Assembly (NCBI GenBank): GCA_964016885.1
Contig: OZ024756.1
Location: 31,186,001-31,250,000, forward strand
DNA: 64,000 nucleotides
Direction: 5' to 3'
Source of the DNA: Eledone cirrhosa
Lineage: Eukaryota
In this document: piece after piece, positions 28,951-42,779 of the stretch
Layout: each line of letters starts with the position of its first letter
Position numbering within the stretch: position 1 is the first letter of the stretch
Notes under the pieces: model-generated
What the model was told of the DNA's origin: nothing
Database searches by the model: none
Seen by the model: only the letters and a program-made list of their open reading frames with translations
Made by a program: the position numbers and the translations under genes

Positions 28951-29516
28951 AGAGGAGACCTTAAAAAGGCTACAGAAGGAATGTTAATGGCTGCGCAGGA
29001 GCAGGCCCTCAAAACGAAGTGGTTGAAACACCATATTTACAAGGAGGAGGCTAGCCCACTGTGCAGGATCTGTGGAGAGAGAGAGGAGACTGTGGTTTAC
29101 ATTGTATCCGAGTGTAAACACCTAGCCCAGACCCACTATAAGGGCTGGAGACATGATGTGATGGGCAGGGTGATCTACTGGCACCTGTGCAAAGTAAACA
29201 ATTTACCACATTCTGAGAAATGGTATGAGCATAAGCCAAAGGCGGTGATGGAGAACGATCAGGTGAAGGTGCTGTGGGATTTTAGGATACAGACGGACAA
29301 GAAACTGGAACACAATAGACCTGACCTGGTGGTTTTGGACAAAGAAAAAAGATTGTGCCTGATTGTGGATGTGGCCTGCCCATTCGACACGAGAGTGCAA
29401 GAGAAGGAGAGGGAGAAAATTAACCGATACCAGGACTTAAAGTGGAAGGTAAAAAGGATTTGGAACTGCCATGAAGTCAAAGTGGTCCCGATTGTCATAG
29501 GCGCACTAAGTACTAT
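28951..29516 (+). mobile_element. Second, shorter copy of the same LINE (CCHC and REL region), truncated at both ends
   Basis: Highly similar to 28161-28728; begins directly after the tail of the first copy. Confidence 0.92.
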
Positions 29517-29690
29517 CGCCATGCTTTGCAGCACAGTTACGCCATGCTTTGCAGCACAGTTACGTCCCTTTACGGACTGAGTTCAAATCCCGCCGAGGTT
29601 AACTTTGCCTTTCATCCTTACGGGGTCGATAAAATAAAGTACCAGTAATACACTGGGATAATTGCTGGCCTTGTGCCAAAAAGTAGAAAC
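29517..29690 (+). mobile_element. 5'-truncated SINE family 1 fused to the LINE copy
   Basis: CGCCATGCTTTGCAGCACAGTTA twice in tandem, then B box, core and 3' end. Confidence 0.88.
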
Positions 29691-30050
29691 TAATATATAA
29701 GATTACCGGCTGCTTTCATGCCGGCTGCAGATTATTTTGTTGGAGAAAATATATTTATATATTTTCACACTAGTTCATCGATTGATGTACAGTACGCTCA
29801 CTACTTGTGGAATATTACACTAGACACAGACGCTTGTGGGTATGTATGTGTATTGATTTTTGTAGGTTTAGAGATGTATTAGTGTTAATAATTTCTAGAA
29901 TATACATATATGATGTAAGGTTACGTTGTTGGGAGGAAGTAGATTTATACATATTTATATATATATTTTAAAGGATTATATATTATATACGTATGCATGT
30001 GTGCACATATATATATATATATATATATAATACATATGTATATATAATAC

Positions 30051-30123
<73 letters not shown>

Positions 30124-30178
30124 TAGGGAAAGAGCTTCATATATATACATATATATTTATACATATATATATATATAT

Positions 30179-30272
<94 letters not shown>

Positions 30273-30427
30273 TATGTATAGGGAGAGAAAGAGTGGCATG
30301 CATATATATATTTATACACATATATTATATATATATATATATGTAGATACATATATATATATATGCCTATATACGTGCATAGACACAAGCACACACTCAC
30401 ACACAAACACACACATATATATATATA

Positions 30428-30492
<65 letters not shown>

Positions 30493-30516
30493 TGTGTGCG
30501 TGTCTGTGTGAGTGTC

Positions 30517-30593
<77 letters not shown>

Positions 30594-31937
30594 TCTAATG
30601 GTATTTATTATATTACGATATTACTCCCTAGAGGCAATTACAGTCTACTGTATTCATTTTCCGAAGAAGTATTAGCCGGTCGAAATATTTTTATATTTCT
30701 GTTTTATGTTGTATATTTATTTTATGTTCTTGTTTCTTTTATAGTGTACGCTCTTCTGTGTTTTGTTTAAAGTTAGTTTTAGTGGTAAAGGAAGACGTTG
30801 GTGAAGACCCCAATAGATTAAAATATCGCTGAACTATAGTATGGTTTCTATGGTTAATTTTCTGATACAAGCACGTCCGAGATTCTCCTGTATGTAATCG
30901 TATATATATGTATGTATATATATGTTTATATATCTATATATATAGAGAGATATATGTGTGTGTGCGTGTGTGTGTGTATGTATGTATGTAGTATATATAT
31001 ATCGATAGATCGATAGATAGTTACATGTATATATAAATTAATGTTTATATTTTATGTAGAAAATAGCACTAAATTTGTTATTTCATTTCTTTAATAATCA
31101 TTTCTAAATGAAATAGCGTTATCGATATACATATATATATACACATATACAAACATATATGTTTACTACTTCCCTAGCATTCCTTACATTCTATTTCTTT
31201 CCTTTCCTTTCCTCACTTTCTGACGCAGAAAAACATCCCGAAACGATGTATACTACCATTCATTTATATTCCAACTTTCCAGCCTCAAAGACCTAGTTGT
31301 ATCTCTCGCTCCCTTCTTCTCTTTCTGACAAAGGAAAACATCCCGAAACTATAGGTGCTTCAACACTTCTCTTCTCTTCACGATAATTTAACTTATTGAC
31401 ATATCGATTTCTTCTGTGAAATCTCCTATAGATAATCTAATCAAACATGATCTGATCTGATCGGATCGGATTGATTCTGAATTGAGCAGAAATGTTGAAT
31501 AGATCACGTGACATTTTCGATATTTTTCTACTTTTATATAGTTACTTCCTTTTTACTAATGATATACGTCACAGTTAGATTTTCTTCTTTCCAATTTATC
31601 AACCAATTTGACATGTAAGCTAAATTGCAACTCGGAGCAACTCAGCTTATCGACAGCCAATCTGGCTTAATTGATGGCACTCTGTCAAATGTGCTTGGCA
31701 CACAGCAACTATTTTTATATTTTTATATACTATTTCCCTCCTATTCTCTCTCTCCCCGTCTCTCTCTCACTATCTCTATCTATCTATCTACCTATCTCTC
31801 TCTCTCTCCCTCTCTCTATTTATCTATCTCTCTCTCCCTCTCTCTATCTATCTATCTATCTATCTGGCTGTCTTTCTATCTCTATCTCTCTCTCTCTATC
31901 ACTCCGTCTATCTACCTCTCTCTCTCTCTCTCCATCA

Positions 31938-32019
<82 letters not shown>

Positions 32020-32133
32020 ATATATATAATAAATATGTATATATATATATATCGATCTTGCTATTTATATATCTACCTTTCCCCATACACATATATACAT
32101 ATGTATATATATCTATATATATATATATATATG

Positions 32134-32227
<94 letters not shown>

Positions 32228-32339
32228 GTAATCGATCAGACCATAAATTTTCTGGTACTAATAATCTTGCCAGAACTTTTATGTTGACGTATTATTATCA
32301 TAATTACCACATTGTTATTATTATTATCAATGATGATGT

Positions 32340-32341
32340 CG

Positions 32342-32388
<47 letters not shown>

Positions 32389-33225
32389 GGTGGTGGTGCT
32401 GCTGCTGCTGCTGGTAGTGCTGGTAGTGCTGGTGGTGCTGGTGGTGGTGTTGGTGTTGGTGCTGATGTTGGTAGTGGTAGTGATGCTTGTGCTGATGGTG
32501 CTGGTGGTGGTAGTGGTGGGGGTGCTGGTGGTGGTGGTGGTGGTGGTGGCGGTGGTGGGAGTGATGTTGTTGTTGGTGGTGGTGCTGGTGGTGGTGGCGG
32601 TGGTGGTGGCGGTGGTGGGAGTGATGTTGTTGTTGGTGGTGGTGCTGGTGGTGGTGGCGGTGGTGGGGGTGGTGGCGGTTATGTTGTTGTTGGTGGTGGT
32701 GGTGGCGGTGGCGGTGGTGGTGCTGCTGCTGCTGCTGTTAGCGCTGGTGGTGGCTGCAGTGTTGGTGGGGGCTGCAGTGTTGGTGGTGGTGAGGGTGTTG
32801 CTGGTAGAGCTGGTGGTGGTAGTGGTGCGGTAGTGGTGTTGTTGGTGGTGGTGTTGTTGGTGGTGGCGCTGTCGGTGGTGGTGGCTCCAGTGTTGGTAGT
32901 GGTGCTGGTGCTGGTGTTGCTGGTAGTGGTACTTGTTGTTGTGGTGGTGGTGGTACTGGTTCTAGTAGTACTGGTGTTGGTAGTGCTGGTGGTGGTGCTT
33001 GTGTGGTGGTGCTGGTAGTGCTGGTGCTGGTAGTACTGGTGTTGGTAGTGCTGGTGGTAGTGCTGGTGGTGGTGGTGCTGGTAGTGCTGGTGCTGGTAGT
33101 ACTGGTGTTGGTAGTGCTGGTGGTGGTGCTTGTGGTGGTGCTTGTGGTGATAGAGGTGCTGGTGCTGATGCCCGCTTGGTGGTACTGTGGTTCTAGTGGT
33201 CGTGGTGGTTGTGTTGCTGGTGTTT
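32340..33225. repeat. Degenerate (GGT/GCT/GTT)n array
   Basis: Direct inspection. Confidence 0.9.
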
Positions 33226-33604
33226 AATGTTGTTGCGTTACCACAATTGTGAGATCACCGAATGAAATGACTCCCATACTCCGGCCCTTTTCTCTCTGAA
33301 TTCAAATCTTGCAGAGGTCAACTTTTCCCTTCATAATTTCGAGTTGATCAAATATAAAGCAACAGTCTTATAAAGCAACAGTCTAATACTGGAGATGATG
33401 TAATTGAGTTCTCTCCTTAACCCCCACCCACATCCCTGCCTCTCCACACACAAAAAAAAACAAAATAAATAAACAAATTCTAACCTTCTGACTATGTTTG
33501 AAATTATTATAGTATTGTGTATATATGCATATAGTATGTTTGTATGTATGCATGTGTATGTATATATATATGTATATGCATTTGTGCATGTGTATGTAAA
33601 TGCG

Positions 33605-33963
33605 CAGGGTCATAGAAATAATCGGGCTGGATACCCAATCACGCGGTTAAACCACTGTGTGTGAAGGACCCCTAGCCTTTGTCAGGGCATTCTTCTAGTA
33701 GAAGGCAACTCAGGAAACTGGGATAACTCCAACATAAAACCTGCGGTTCAGTAGTTACCGATGATGTTGAACTTTTCTTCTTTTCGGGGTTATAGATACT
33801 GTCGCTCAGAGAGTGGGATTGGCTCAGTGCACAGTTTTCCTCACTTTAAAAAAAATCTTCACGCACAGGCATTGCACGATAGAATTAATTAATAATTATT
33901 ATTAATGTTATATCGTGCAATGGCCATACTTGATAACGAGGGGGCAACCATCATCAACATCAT
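33605..33963 (+). mobile_element. Short non-autonomous RTE-related element
   Basis: RTE 5'-type motif CTAGTAGAAGGCAACTC..AAAACC; 3' end GGCCATACTTGATAACGAGGGGGCAACCATCATC shared in reverse with 8830-8872, 49368 and 51683; (CAT)n tail. Confidence 0.6.
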
Positions 33964-34739
33964 GTATATATGTGTGTGTGTGTGATGAGGGGGAAGTGTA
34001 TTCCCTTTACAGTTGTTTTCTAGTGTCACTGGCATTGCTACAGTGATATAGAAACTAGTAAAGCATCTGTACTTTGTTAAATGTAATATAAAGTCAGGTC
34101 TTTACGTACATAACATAGAGTCGACCTAAATACAATCTAAAAAACAGCGTTGAAGGATTTGGAACTTCATTAGATGAATAAATGAATGAATCAATGAATT
34201 AACAAATGAATGAGTGAAGTAACGAAGAAAAATAAAGAAATATTTGAAGAGAGAAAGTATTTCTAGTGCTCTGGTGTGAAGCAATGAACTTTTGATTCAC
34301 AGATATCTCCTATCAATTTCATGCGGGGGGAAAAAACGTAAAAATATAAAGTAAAAGAAAAATTTGCTAGAAGAAACGGATTTCAAGTCAAAAATATTGG
34401 CAGTTTATCAATCACATTTAGTATTTGGAAATGATTCCAGACAAGGTTTGTCAGATATCTCTATACACATGGCAGCCATCACAGAAGAGATGATACTGCA
34501 GTGGCCAGAAAATAACTTCTGAAAACTAAACGGTAAAAATAGCTAAGAGCAACAACAAATAGAACAACGAAAACAGGAATCTTAACAAAAACAACATCAA
34601 TAAAATTAGCAGCAGCAATATCAACAACAACAACAATAAAAATACAAAAACTACAACAACTTTGAAAGCAGCAACAACAACGACAGTAATAATAAAGACG
34701 ACAATATTATCAACATTAGAAACTACAATGACAACGATG

Positions 34740-34808
34740 AATTTTTGTTTATTAAACTTAGGGTGCGTCCTCGAGTACGAAGCGTCTTCGGCGCCGGGAA
34801 ATACGGTA
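34740..34808 (-). mobile_element. Solitary terminus of a Tc2/pogo-type DNA transposon or MITE
   Basis: Minus strand reads TA|CCGTATTTCCCGGCGCCGAAGACGC..GGACGCACCC, a TIR style typical of that group; no partner end found. Confidence 0.5.
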
Positions 34809-34881
34809 CTTTCTCTTTGTTAAATTATTGTTAAAGATGTCATTCATACGTTTCATTTTTCACCGTAGGAATAGTTGACTA

Positions 34882-35408
34882 TTTGTGACTGCTACTTTAT
34901 TTTAGTTTGTGACTGCTACTTTATTTTAGTTTGTGACTGCTACTTTATTTTAGTTTGTGACTGCTACTTTATTTTAGTTTGTGACTGCTACTTTATTTTA
35001 GTTTGTGACTGCTACTTTATTTTAGTTTGTGACTGCTACTTTATTTTAGTTTGTGACTGCTACTTTATTTTAGTTTGTGACTGCTACTTTATTTTAGTTT
35101 GTGACTGCTACTTTATTTTAGTTTGTGACTGCTACTTTATTTTAGTTTGTGACTGCTACTTTATTTTAGCTTGTGACTGCTACTTTATTTTAGTTTGTTA
35201 CTGCTACTTTATTTTAGTTTGTGACTGCTACTTTATTTTAGTTTGTGACTGCTACTTTATTTTAGTTTGTGACTGCTACTTTATTTTAGTTTGTGACTGC
35301 TACTTTATTTTAGTTTGTGACTGCTACTTTATTTTAGTTTGTGACTGCTACTTTATTTTAGTTTGTGACTGCTACTTTATTTTAGTTTGTGACTGCTACT
35401 TTATTTTA
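34882..35408. repeat. 24 bp minisatellite, about 22 copies
   Basis: Unit TTTGTGACTGCTACTTTATTTTAG, almost invariant. Confidence 0.97.
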
Positions 35409-35535
35409 TCGACCACGTAAGGATGAAAGGCAAAGTTAACCTCGGCGGGATCTGAACTCAGATCATAAAGGGCCGTAACTCTGTGTTGCAAAGCATGGCG
35501 TCCGACCCTCAACCGTTACTGCCAATCCACCGTCC
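35390..35535 (-). mobile_element. SINE family 1 whose 3' part is replaced by the 24 bp array
   Basis: Last array unit continues directly into TCGACCACGTAAGGATGAAAGGC. Confidence 0.88.
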
Positions 35536-35633
35536 TAATGCGTGGAATAATAAACACCAAATTTTAAATATTTAGAGGAGTCTTGAAGAAATTTTCTCTT
35601 TCAGGTCTTTCTAGGGAGCTAAAATCCCTATAG

Positions 35634-35666
<33 letters not shown>

Positions 35667-35680
35667 AACTTCTGCTGCTG

Positions 35681-35741
<61 letters not shown>

Positions 35742-35774
35742 CACTACTTCTGCTGCTGCTAATACTACTACTAT

Positions 35775-35845
<71 letters not shown>

Positions 35846-36683
35846 TTCCTACTCCTATTACTACTACTTATTTTTTTCTTCTCCCTATGTTTCTTATGCT
35901 TCCCAGTCAGGCTCATTTATACCAGGTCTTCCGCCACAATTCACAACCAGGTTATGCCAAGTCTGCTTTACTTCCTACACCCCTAACGTCACCACTGACA
36001 ACACTGCCACCACAGCCACTCTCGCTGAAGATTGTAACTGAATATGTGATGTTGAAAAAATAGACTCGGCAAAGCTGCAATTGTTTCTCAGCACCTTAAA
36101 CACCTTCGTCAGAACACTCTTCATTTTCTATGTATCAATATATAAGGTCAGCCAGTTATATTACCAACTATACAACAAGGCTTATACAGGCTAGTTATTA
36201 TAAAATAAAGAGACATTAGTCAGGCAATTTAAACTCCCACTGAGAAAGATTATTTGCTTTTTATTCTGCCAGAGATTTAAATATTTTATTACCCTCTAAT
36301 TTAGTTTATTGTGGCAATAATTTTACCTTCAGATTAAAATCAACTCTATAAAATAAGTCGCTAGACAATAAAATGTTAATCGTTTATAATATTTAATTGA
36401 TATTTATTAGTACTTTCACAGTAAAGTTGACAAAATAATAATGAAGAACATTATAGCAATATTTTATAAAGTCGTGCCATTTCAACTTTACCAAACATTA
36501 GCTGTTATGACATAGAATTAACTAAAATGGGCAATCCAATTTGCCTAATATAAATTCATTTGCGGCATAATAAATTAAATCCTAAATATTTAGGCATAAC
36601 AACCAAAACAGCGTACACTAGCACGAAGTTTGTGAAGTCGTTTATGTACTGAATTGAATTAGTAGCATATACATATGTGTATA

Positions 36684-36769
<86 letters not shown>

Positions 36770-36773
<4 letters not shown>

Positions 36774-36965
36774 AACCAGTAAGACCCCGACGGCTGAGCT
36801 CAAGCCGTTTCGACGGCTAATTCTGGACCAAGAATTAGCCGTCGAAACGGCTTGAGCTCAGCCGTCGGGGTCTTACTGGTTCCTATTACCCACTCTACTA
36901 CCCCAACTATTGAGTACTTTGGTGCGTTATGGTCCACCTGGTTCCTTACCACATTTCCTTCGTTA
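36770..36965 (+). mobile_element. Penelope-like hairpin mini-element, family B
   Basis: Homolog of 7176-7369 in (TA)n. Confidence 0.85.
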
Positions 36966-37165
36966 TATATATATATTATAAGGATAAAGAACAAGGATTC
37001 AGTGTTGCATCATAACATATTTAATGACATATTACATATGTGTTTCACTATCGATCAGCTCGAGTCAAGACCTATTATAGATCGAACCTGACTCTGCAAT
37101 CGAAAAGTCGTCAGATATGTTTAGAATATGAATTCTAAACATATCTGACGATTCTGCAACCGTAC

Positions 37166-37219
<54 letters not shown>

Positions 37220-37584
37220 TTAGGTTTGTTGGTTCACCAGTGGATAGAACTGGTCATTCCGTATGGTCAACCTCGATGTAATATTATGGAGAGCACTCGA
37301 CGTAATCCAACTCAGCCGTCTCCGTTTGTGTTGTTGGTGGTGCGAGTACGCAGCTGATTATTATAAAATAACAGGAGCCTGGACTGGTGTAATTCCTTAA
37401 AGGTTTATTATACATTATTCTACATATTTGCCTTTCATCCTTACGGGGTCGATAAAATAAAGTACCAGTAATACACTGGGTATTTGCTGGCCTGGTGTAA
37501 AGTAGAAACAATTATACATATGAACATTTCAATGACCGGGTTCAGTATGAAACCGGTGACATCATCAGGTATTCGAAATATAAC

Positions 37585-37631
<47 letters not shown>

Positions 37632-37637
<6 letters not shown>

Positions 37638-38225
37638 CTGAACAAAAATGAAAAAAACGAACACATATATATATATGTTCAAATCGTAATGGACCAAAAT
37701 CGCTAAGGTGAAAATAATTGTTTCTACTTTTGGCAAACGGCCAGCAATTATCACAGTGTATTACTGGTACTTTATTTTATCGACCCCGCAAGGATGAAAG
37801 GCAAAGTTAACCTCGGCGGGATTTGAACTCAGACCATAAAGGGGCATAACTCTTTGCTGCAAAGCATAGCGTCCGACCCTCTACCGATACTGCCAATCCA
37901 CCGCCCTTTCACTGCTCAGGTGAAAATAATACTTACTACAGACAATAGGGTTTGCTGGACTCAATTTAAGAACAAATTAAGAAAAATAAATACAAACCAG
38001 TATTGTGGTAACTACCATCACCCAGACGGTCTTTGATATAACCGTTTCGCAATATTATTTGTGAAGAGAAATAGCGATTTTGGTCCATTACGATTTGAAC
38101 ATATATATATATATATATGTCTGTGTTCGTTTTTTCCTTTTTTGTTCAGTTATATACGGCTCGGAAAAGCCTTTTTCCTAGAGCTAATTTACTGTAATGA
38201 GACTATTTTGAGTTTCTAACTCAAT
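37632..38225. mobile_element. Inverted-terminus element in (TA)n carrying a nested SINE
   Basis: 37632-37705 is the reverse complement of 38072-38155; one-sided ~70 bp tail; hammerhead-like GAAACGGT..ACCGTC on minus strand at 38022-38050. Confidence 0.6.
37715..37905 (-). mobile_element. SINE family 1 with 13 bp target-site duplication
   Basis: AGGTGAAAATAAT at 37706-37718 and 37918-37930. Confidence 0.9.
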
Positions 38226-38320
38226 ATATATATACACTATATATATATATACACATATGTCCCAAGGCTCTGATACCATCAACACTATAAACACAGAGCT
38301 GGCAATCTAAGAACTGACTA

Positions 38321-38376
38321 ACTGCCTGATGGGGTCATAGCCATTCAATGGCTATCATCGAAATATATATAGCAGT
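38321..38376 (+). ncRNA. Minimal type I hammerhead ribozyme (A9G variant)
   Basis: ACTGC-CTGATGG-ggtcATAGCCATT c AATGGCTATcatc-GAAA-TATATA-TA-GCAGT followed by AATAAA. Confidence 0.7.
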
Positions 38377-38417
38377 AAATAAAGGATTATGAGTTCATGC
38401 AATTGACTTATGTTTCG

Positions 38418-38735
<318 letters not shown>

Positions 38736-39380
38736 TGTGAGTGTGTGTGTTAGTATTTAAGTGAATTAATAGCATTCGCTGTAAATTTTTCAACAGAAAA
38801 TAGACTAATAACGCGGTCTATAATATGGTGTATAAGCCCCTAGAATGGAGAAAAAAACAGGCCTCAGCAAAAATACAGCCAATGTAAATAATTGAATTTA
38901 ATTTTCAAATTCCACCGCCATGTTTGTATCTGAGAATGGCCTCAGGAAAGTATGTTCTAGGAAATAGCACAGATAATTGATAAACAAAGACAGTCAACAA
39001 TATGTCTGTATATACGTATGTATATACGTAGGTATGTATGTTTGTGTGCATGTATGTATATATGTATATCTGTATGCTTTTCTGTATTTAGGAATGTATG
39101 TATATATTTATGTATTTATATATGTATGTATCTATTTATGTGTCTATACGGTATGAAGTAAATAATGTATATACTTTAAAAGTAAAGTTTCATTTCAGCA
39201 GTCTTAATTTTTGTATCACAATATATCAATATATATATATATATATATATCAATATATTTATATATATATATATATATATGTAGATGCAATAATATATAT
39301 TATATATACGCAAATGTATATTTATGTATGTATTTATGTTTTTACACATATACATGCATACACACACATATATAAATACA

Positions 39381-39424
<44 letters not shown>

Positions 39425-39793
39425 TCACTTGCAACCCCCCAGTCTTTCTAGCTCTTTAGCTCTTTAGTTCGTTCTGTCCTCTGAACCATAACTAGTCGCA
39501 AACAGCAATCATGGCAGACGACCACATAGAGTGCATGAATCATCATATACCGTATTACCATCTACGTAAACATATTTACACTGCCTCTGTAGGAAAATAG
39601 TCCTCGACATAAAAGACCTAATGATAATATATAGGAAACATTTTTATCATAACAATGTTTAACATGTTATTTTATGGAAACGTACAGCTGGCACCCTTCA
39701 CAAACCGAATATTTACGAGTGTATAAACTGTTTCTCATAAGCGAAGCAAGCATTTGAAATACCATATATTACTGTTGGCGTTAAACCTTGTGG

Positions 39794-39889
<96 letters not shown>

Positions 39890-39905
39890 ATCTCTCTCTT
39901 TCTCT

Positions 39906-39974
<69 letters not shown>

Positions 39975-40033
39975 CCTCTCTTCTATCTCTTTCACTCACT
40001 CTCTATCTCTTACTCTCCCTCACTGTCTCTCTT

Positions 40034-40064
<31 letters not shown>

Positions 40065-40067
<3 letters not shown>

Positions 40068-40275
40068 TCGTGGCTGAGTGGTGACAGAATTTGATTCAAA
40101 ATCGTGAGGTTATGAATTCCATTCCTGGACTGAGGGATGCGTTATGTCCTTGAGCAAGACACTTTATTTCACGTTGCTCCTTCTACCTGGAGTTGCAACC
40201 GATAGATAGTATTAGCAATTGGCAAGCCCAATGGAAAAATTGTTTACTCGGTCCGATTCGACGAAAGTCGATCGA
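40065..40275 (+). mobile_element. tRNA-derived SINE family 2 (CORE-like box)
   Basis: TGGCTGAGTGG A box, B box, then TGTCCTTGAGCAAGACACTTT; homologous to 56573-56785. Confidence 0.8.
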
Positions 40276-40662
40276 CTGTGTGTGTGTGTTTCTCTTCCTA
40301 TATTTTTCTCGATATCGATATATGTCTCTCTCCCTCTCTTTCTCTCTCTCTCTCTATTTCTCTCTCTCTCTCTCTCTTGCTCTCTCTCGCCTGCGTCTCT
40401 CTTAACAATCCTCATTTTCTCTGCCCCTTCTCTCTATCTCTCTATCTCTCTATCTACTTATGTCTGTCTCTCTATTTATCTATGTTTCCTTTGCTCTATG
40501 TATCTATCTATATCTATGCTTCTCCCCTCCCCCTTTCTATCTATCTCTCTCTCTCTCTATTTCACCTTCCTCCCTTCCTTACACGAACGATATTTTACCA
40601 GAATATCAAGACACCACAATATGTGAAATCCAACTACGACTCTATACTTTGTACCACAAAGC

Positions 40663-41002
40663 ACCACGAAGTGCCACGAAGTGCCACGAAGTGCCACGAA
40701 GTGCCACGAAGAAACATGAAGTGCCACGAAGTACTACGAAGTACCATGAAGTCCCATAAAATACCACGAAGTGCCACGAAGTGCCACGAAGTGCCACGAA
40801 GTGCCACGAAGTGCCATGAAGTACCACGAAGTACGAGGAAATAACATTAAGTGACACGAAGTACTACGAAGTACTACGAAGTACCATGAAGTACCAAGAA
40901 GTCCCACTAAGTCCCACGAAGTACTACGAGGTACTACGAAGTACCACGAAGTCCCACGAAGTACTACGAAGTACCACGAAGTACCACGATGTACTACGAA
41001 GT
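40663..41002. repeat. 10 bp minisatellite
   Basis: Units GTGCCACGAA / GTACCACGAA / GTACTACGAA, about 33 copies. Confidence 0.95.
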
Positions 41003-41325
41003 ATTCTATCCGACGTTCTGACAAATGTGCTAATACGCCATCTTGAAATTCAACCCGAAAGCCGTCTAGTTAGTCGCTATGGCGGATATCATTCTCCAGC
41101 AATATGATATATAGGTTTCTTTCTGTATTGGTGCAAGCTTCTTGAAGACAAGACTGAGAACAAAGGACGAGGGAGGGGGAAGAAGTAGAGAAAGAATAAT
41201 TCACTTCAATGACTTCCGTTTTTCATCTCCCGACATTCCCTTTCAAGTAATAATTTCTATAGCACCTTCTCGATCAATGGAGCATACAGAACATTGACAT
41301 CACACAGACTCCCACATATGCATAA

Positions 41326-41410
<85 letters not shown>

Positions 41411-41812
41411 TACACACACAGTCAAACACACAAACATACATACATACAGTCACACCCACAAACACACACACACCAACACAGACACACACACACAAACACA
41501 CAGACAGATAAGCACACAAACACAAACACACGCAAGCAAACACACACAAATAGAAACACACACAGACAAACACAAAAACACACGCAAGCACAAAGACAGA
41601 GACATACAAAGATACACGCATACGCATAAACACGTACAAAAGAAAACATATATGCATATCGTAAACAACAGATATATACATATACACATCATATTTAAAA
41701 CAATATATTTATACATACCATATACAACAGACATATATATATATATATGTATATATATAGGGAGACATGATATGAAGCTTAAAAAAAACACTTGTGAGCA
41801 AGGTAGGGTCTA

Positions 41813-41854
<42 letters not shown>

Positions 41855-41979
41855 ATATACATATATATATATATATATACATCATATACAACAGGGCATT
41901 CATATATACACAACATATATAACATATACAACAGAAATATATATATATATATATATATTGAAAGGATAACAAGGACGAT

Positions 41980-42060
41980 TGATTACTCCTTCATTGCATT
42001 TATTGATAGGTGACGCGCGTTTCGCCACTGATCAGCTCAAGGTTCGATCTGTATCGATCC
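41980..42060 (-). mobile_element. Family F fragment (hammerhead 3' half and AATAAA)
   Basis: Minus strand GATCGAACCTTGAGCTGATCAGTGGCGAAACGCGCGTCAC..AATAAA; homologs at 47802-47880 (+) and, partially, 37045-37090. Confidence 0.6.
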
Positions 42061-42210
42061 TACACGACTCAATAATCGGCGGCTCGACGGACCCTTTTAA
42101 AATGCTATATTACACTCTGTATACCACTAGACCTCATCAGAGAAGTGAACCTAAACATCGAGTGCTCTCCCTCCCGGGTGAACCTGCAGTAACTCCAAGT
42201 TACACCCCCT

Positions 42211-42292
<82 letters not shown>

Positions 42293-42779
42293 TATACACT
42301 TTATACACAGCAAGACAAATACGAACATAACAACCGATGTTATAGCTGACATTTTCAATTTTCTTTCAAACAAAATTTTCTTAACGAACACCATTACTTT
42401 CCGTCTTCTTTCCCGTTTACAAAACCCGGAGAAGGTGGAGAGAAAGAGAGAAGAATGGTGAGGGTTAGTGAGAGAAAGGGCAAAGATACTTCAACTATCC
42501 GTCCACCTGAGAAGGAGAAGGGATCATAGAATGAGGAGGATTGGTAAGAGGAAGGAAACAAGGCATAGATAAGATAGAGAAGGGAGGACAAAGACACTTT
42601 GACTATGAATTCAACGAACCACAACAGATTTCCTTTTTTCCATTTTTCCTTATTCCATCCTATTATTGCTTCTAGCTTTCTCCAGCTCCTTAATAGCGTC
42701 TCTTATATTGCGACAACAACATCAACAGCAGCAGTAACAACAGCAGCAATAATCGGAACACCGTTACCAACATCACAAG

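Noticed and set aside
31218-31352. Two CTGAC..CCCGAAAC motifs (similar ones at 44113 and 60303)
   Set aside because: Cores or helices are broken; possibly decayed hammerheads but not supportable individually.
32035-33227. Gly/Ala/Val-rich ORFs resembling structural proteins
   Set aside because: Degenerate (GGT)n array; the same texture recurs at 42780, 46640 and 63525 in either orientation.
34875-35420. Cys-rich (CDCYFILV)n ORF or CRISPR-like array
   Set aside because: Perfect 24 bp tandem repeat with no spacers, derived from a SINE; no cas genes, eukaryotic context.
37107-37152. Type III hammerhead in the hairpin TCGTCAGATATG..CATATCTGACGA
   Set aside because: CTGACGA is simply the mirror of TCGTCAG, the helix register does not fit, and no GAAA follows; kept only as a small palindrome.
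40663-41002. Coding or telomere-like function for the 10 bp array
   Set aside because: Interstitial and degenerate, not a known telomeric unit; ORFs arise from repeat periodicity.
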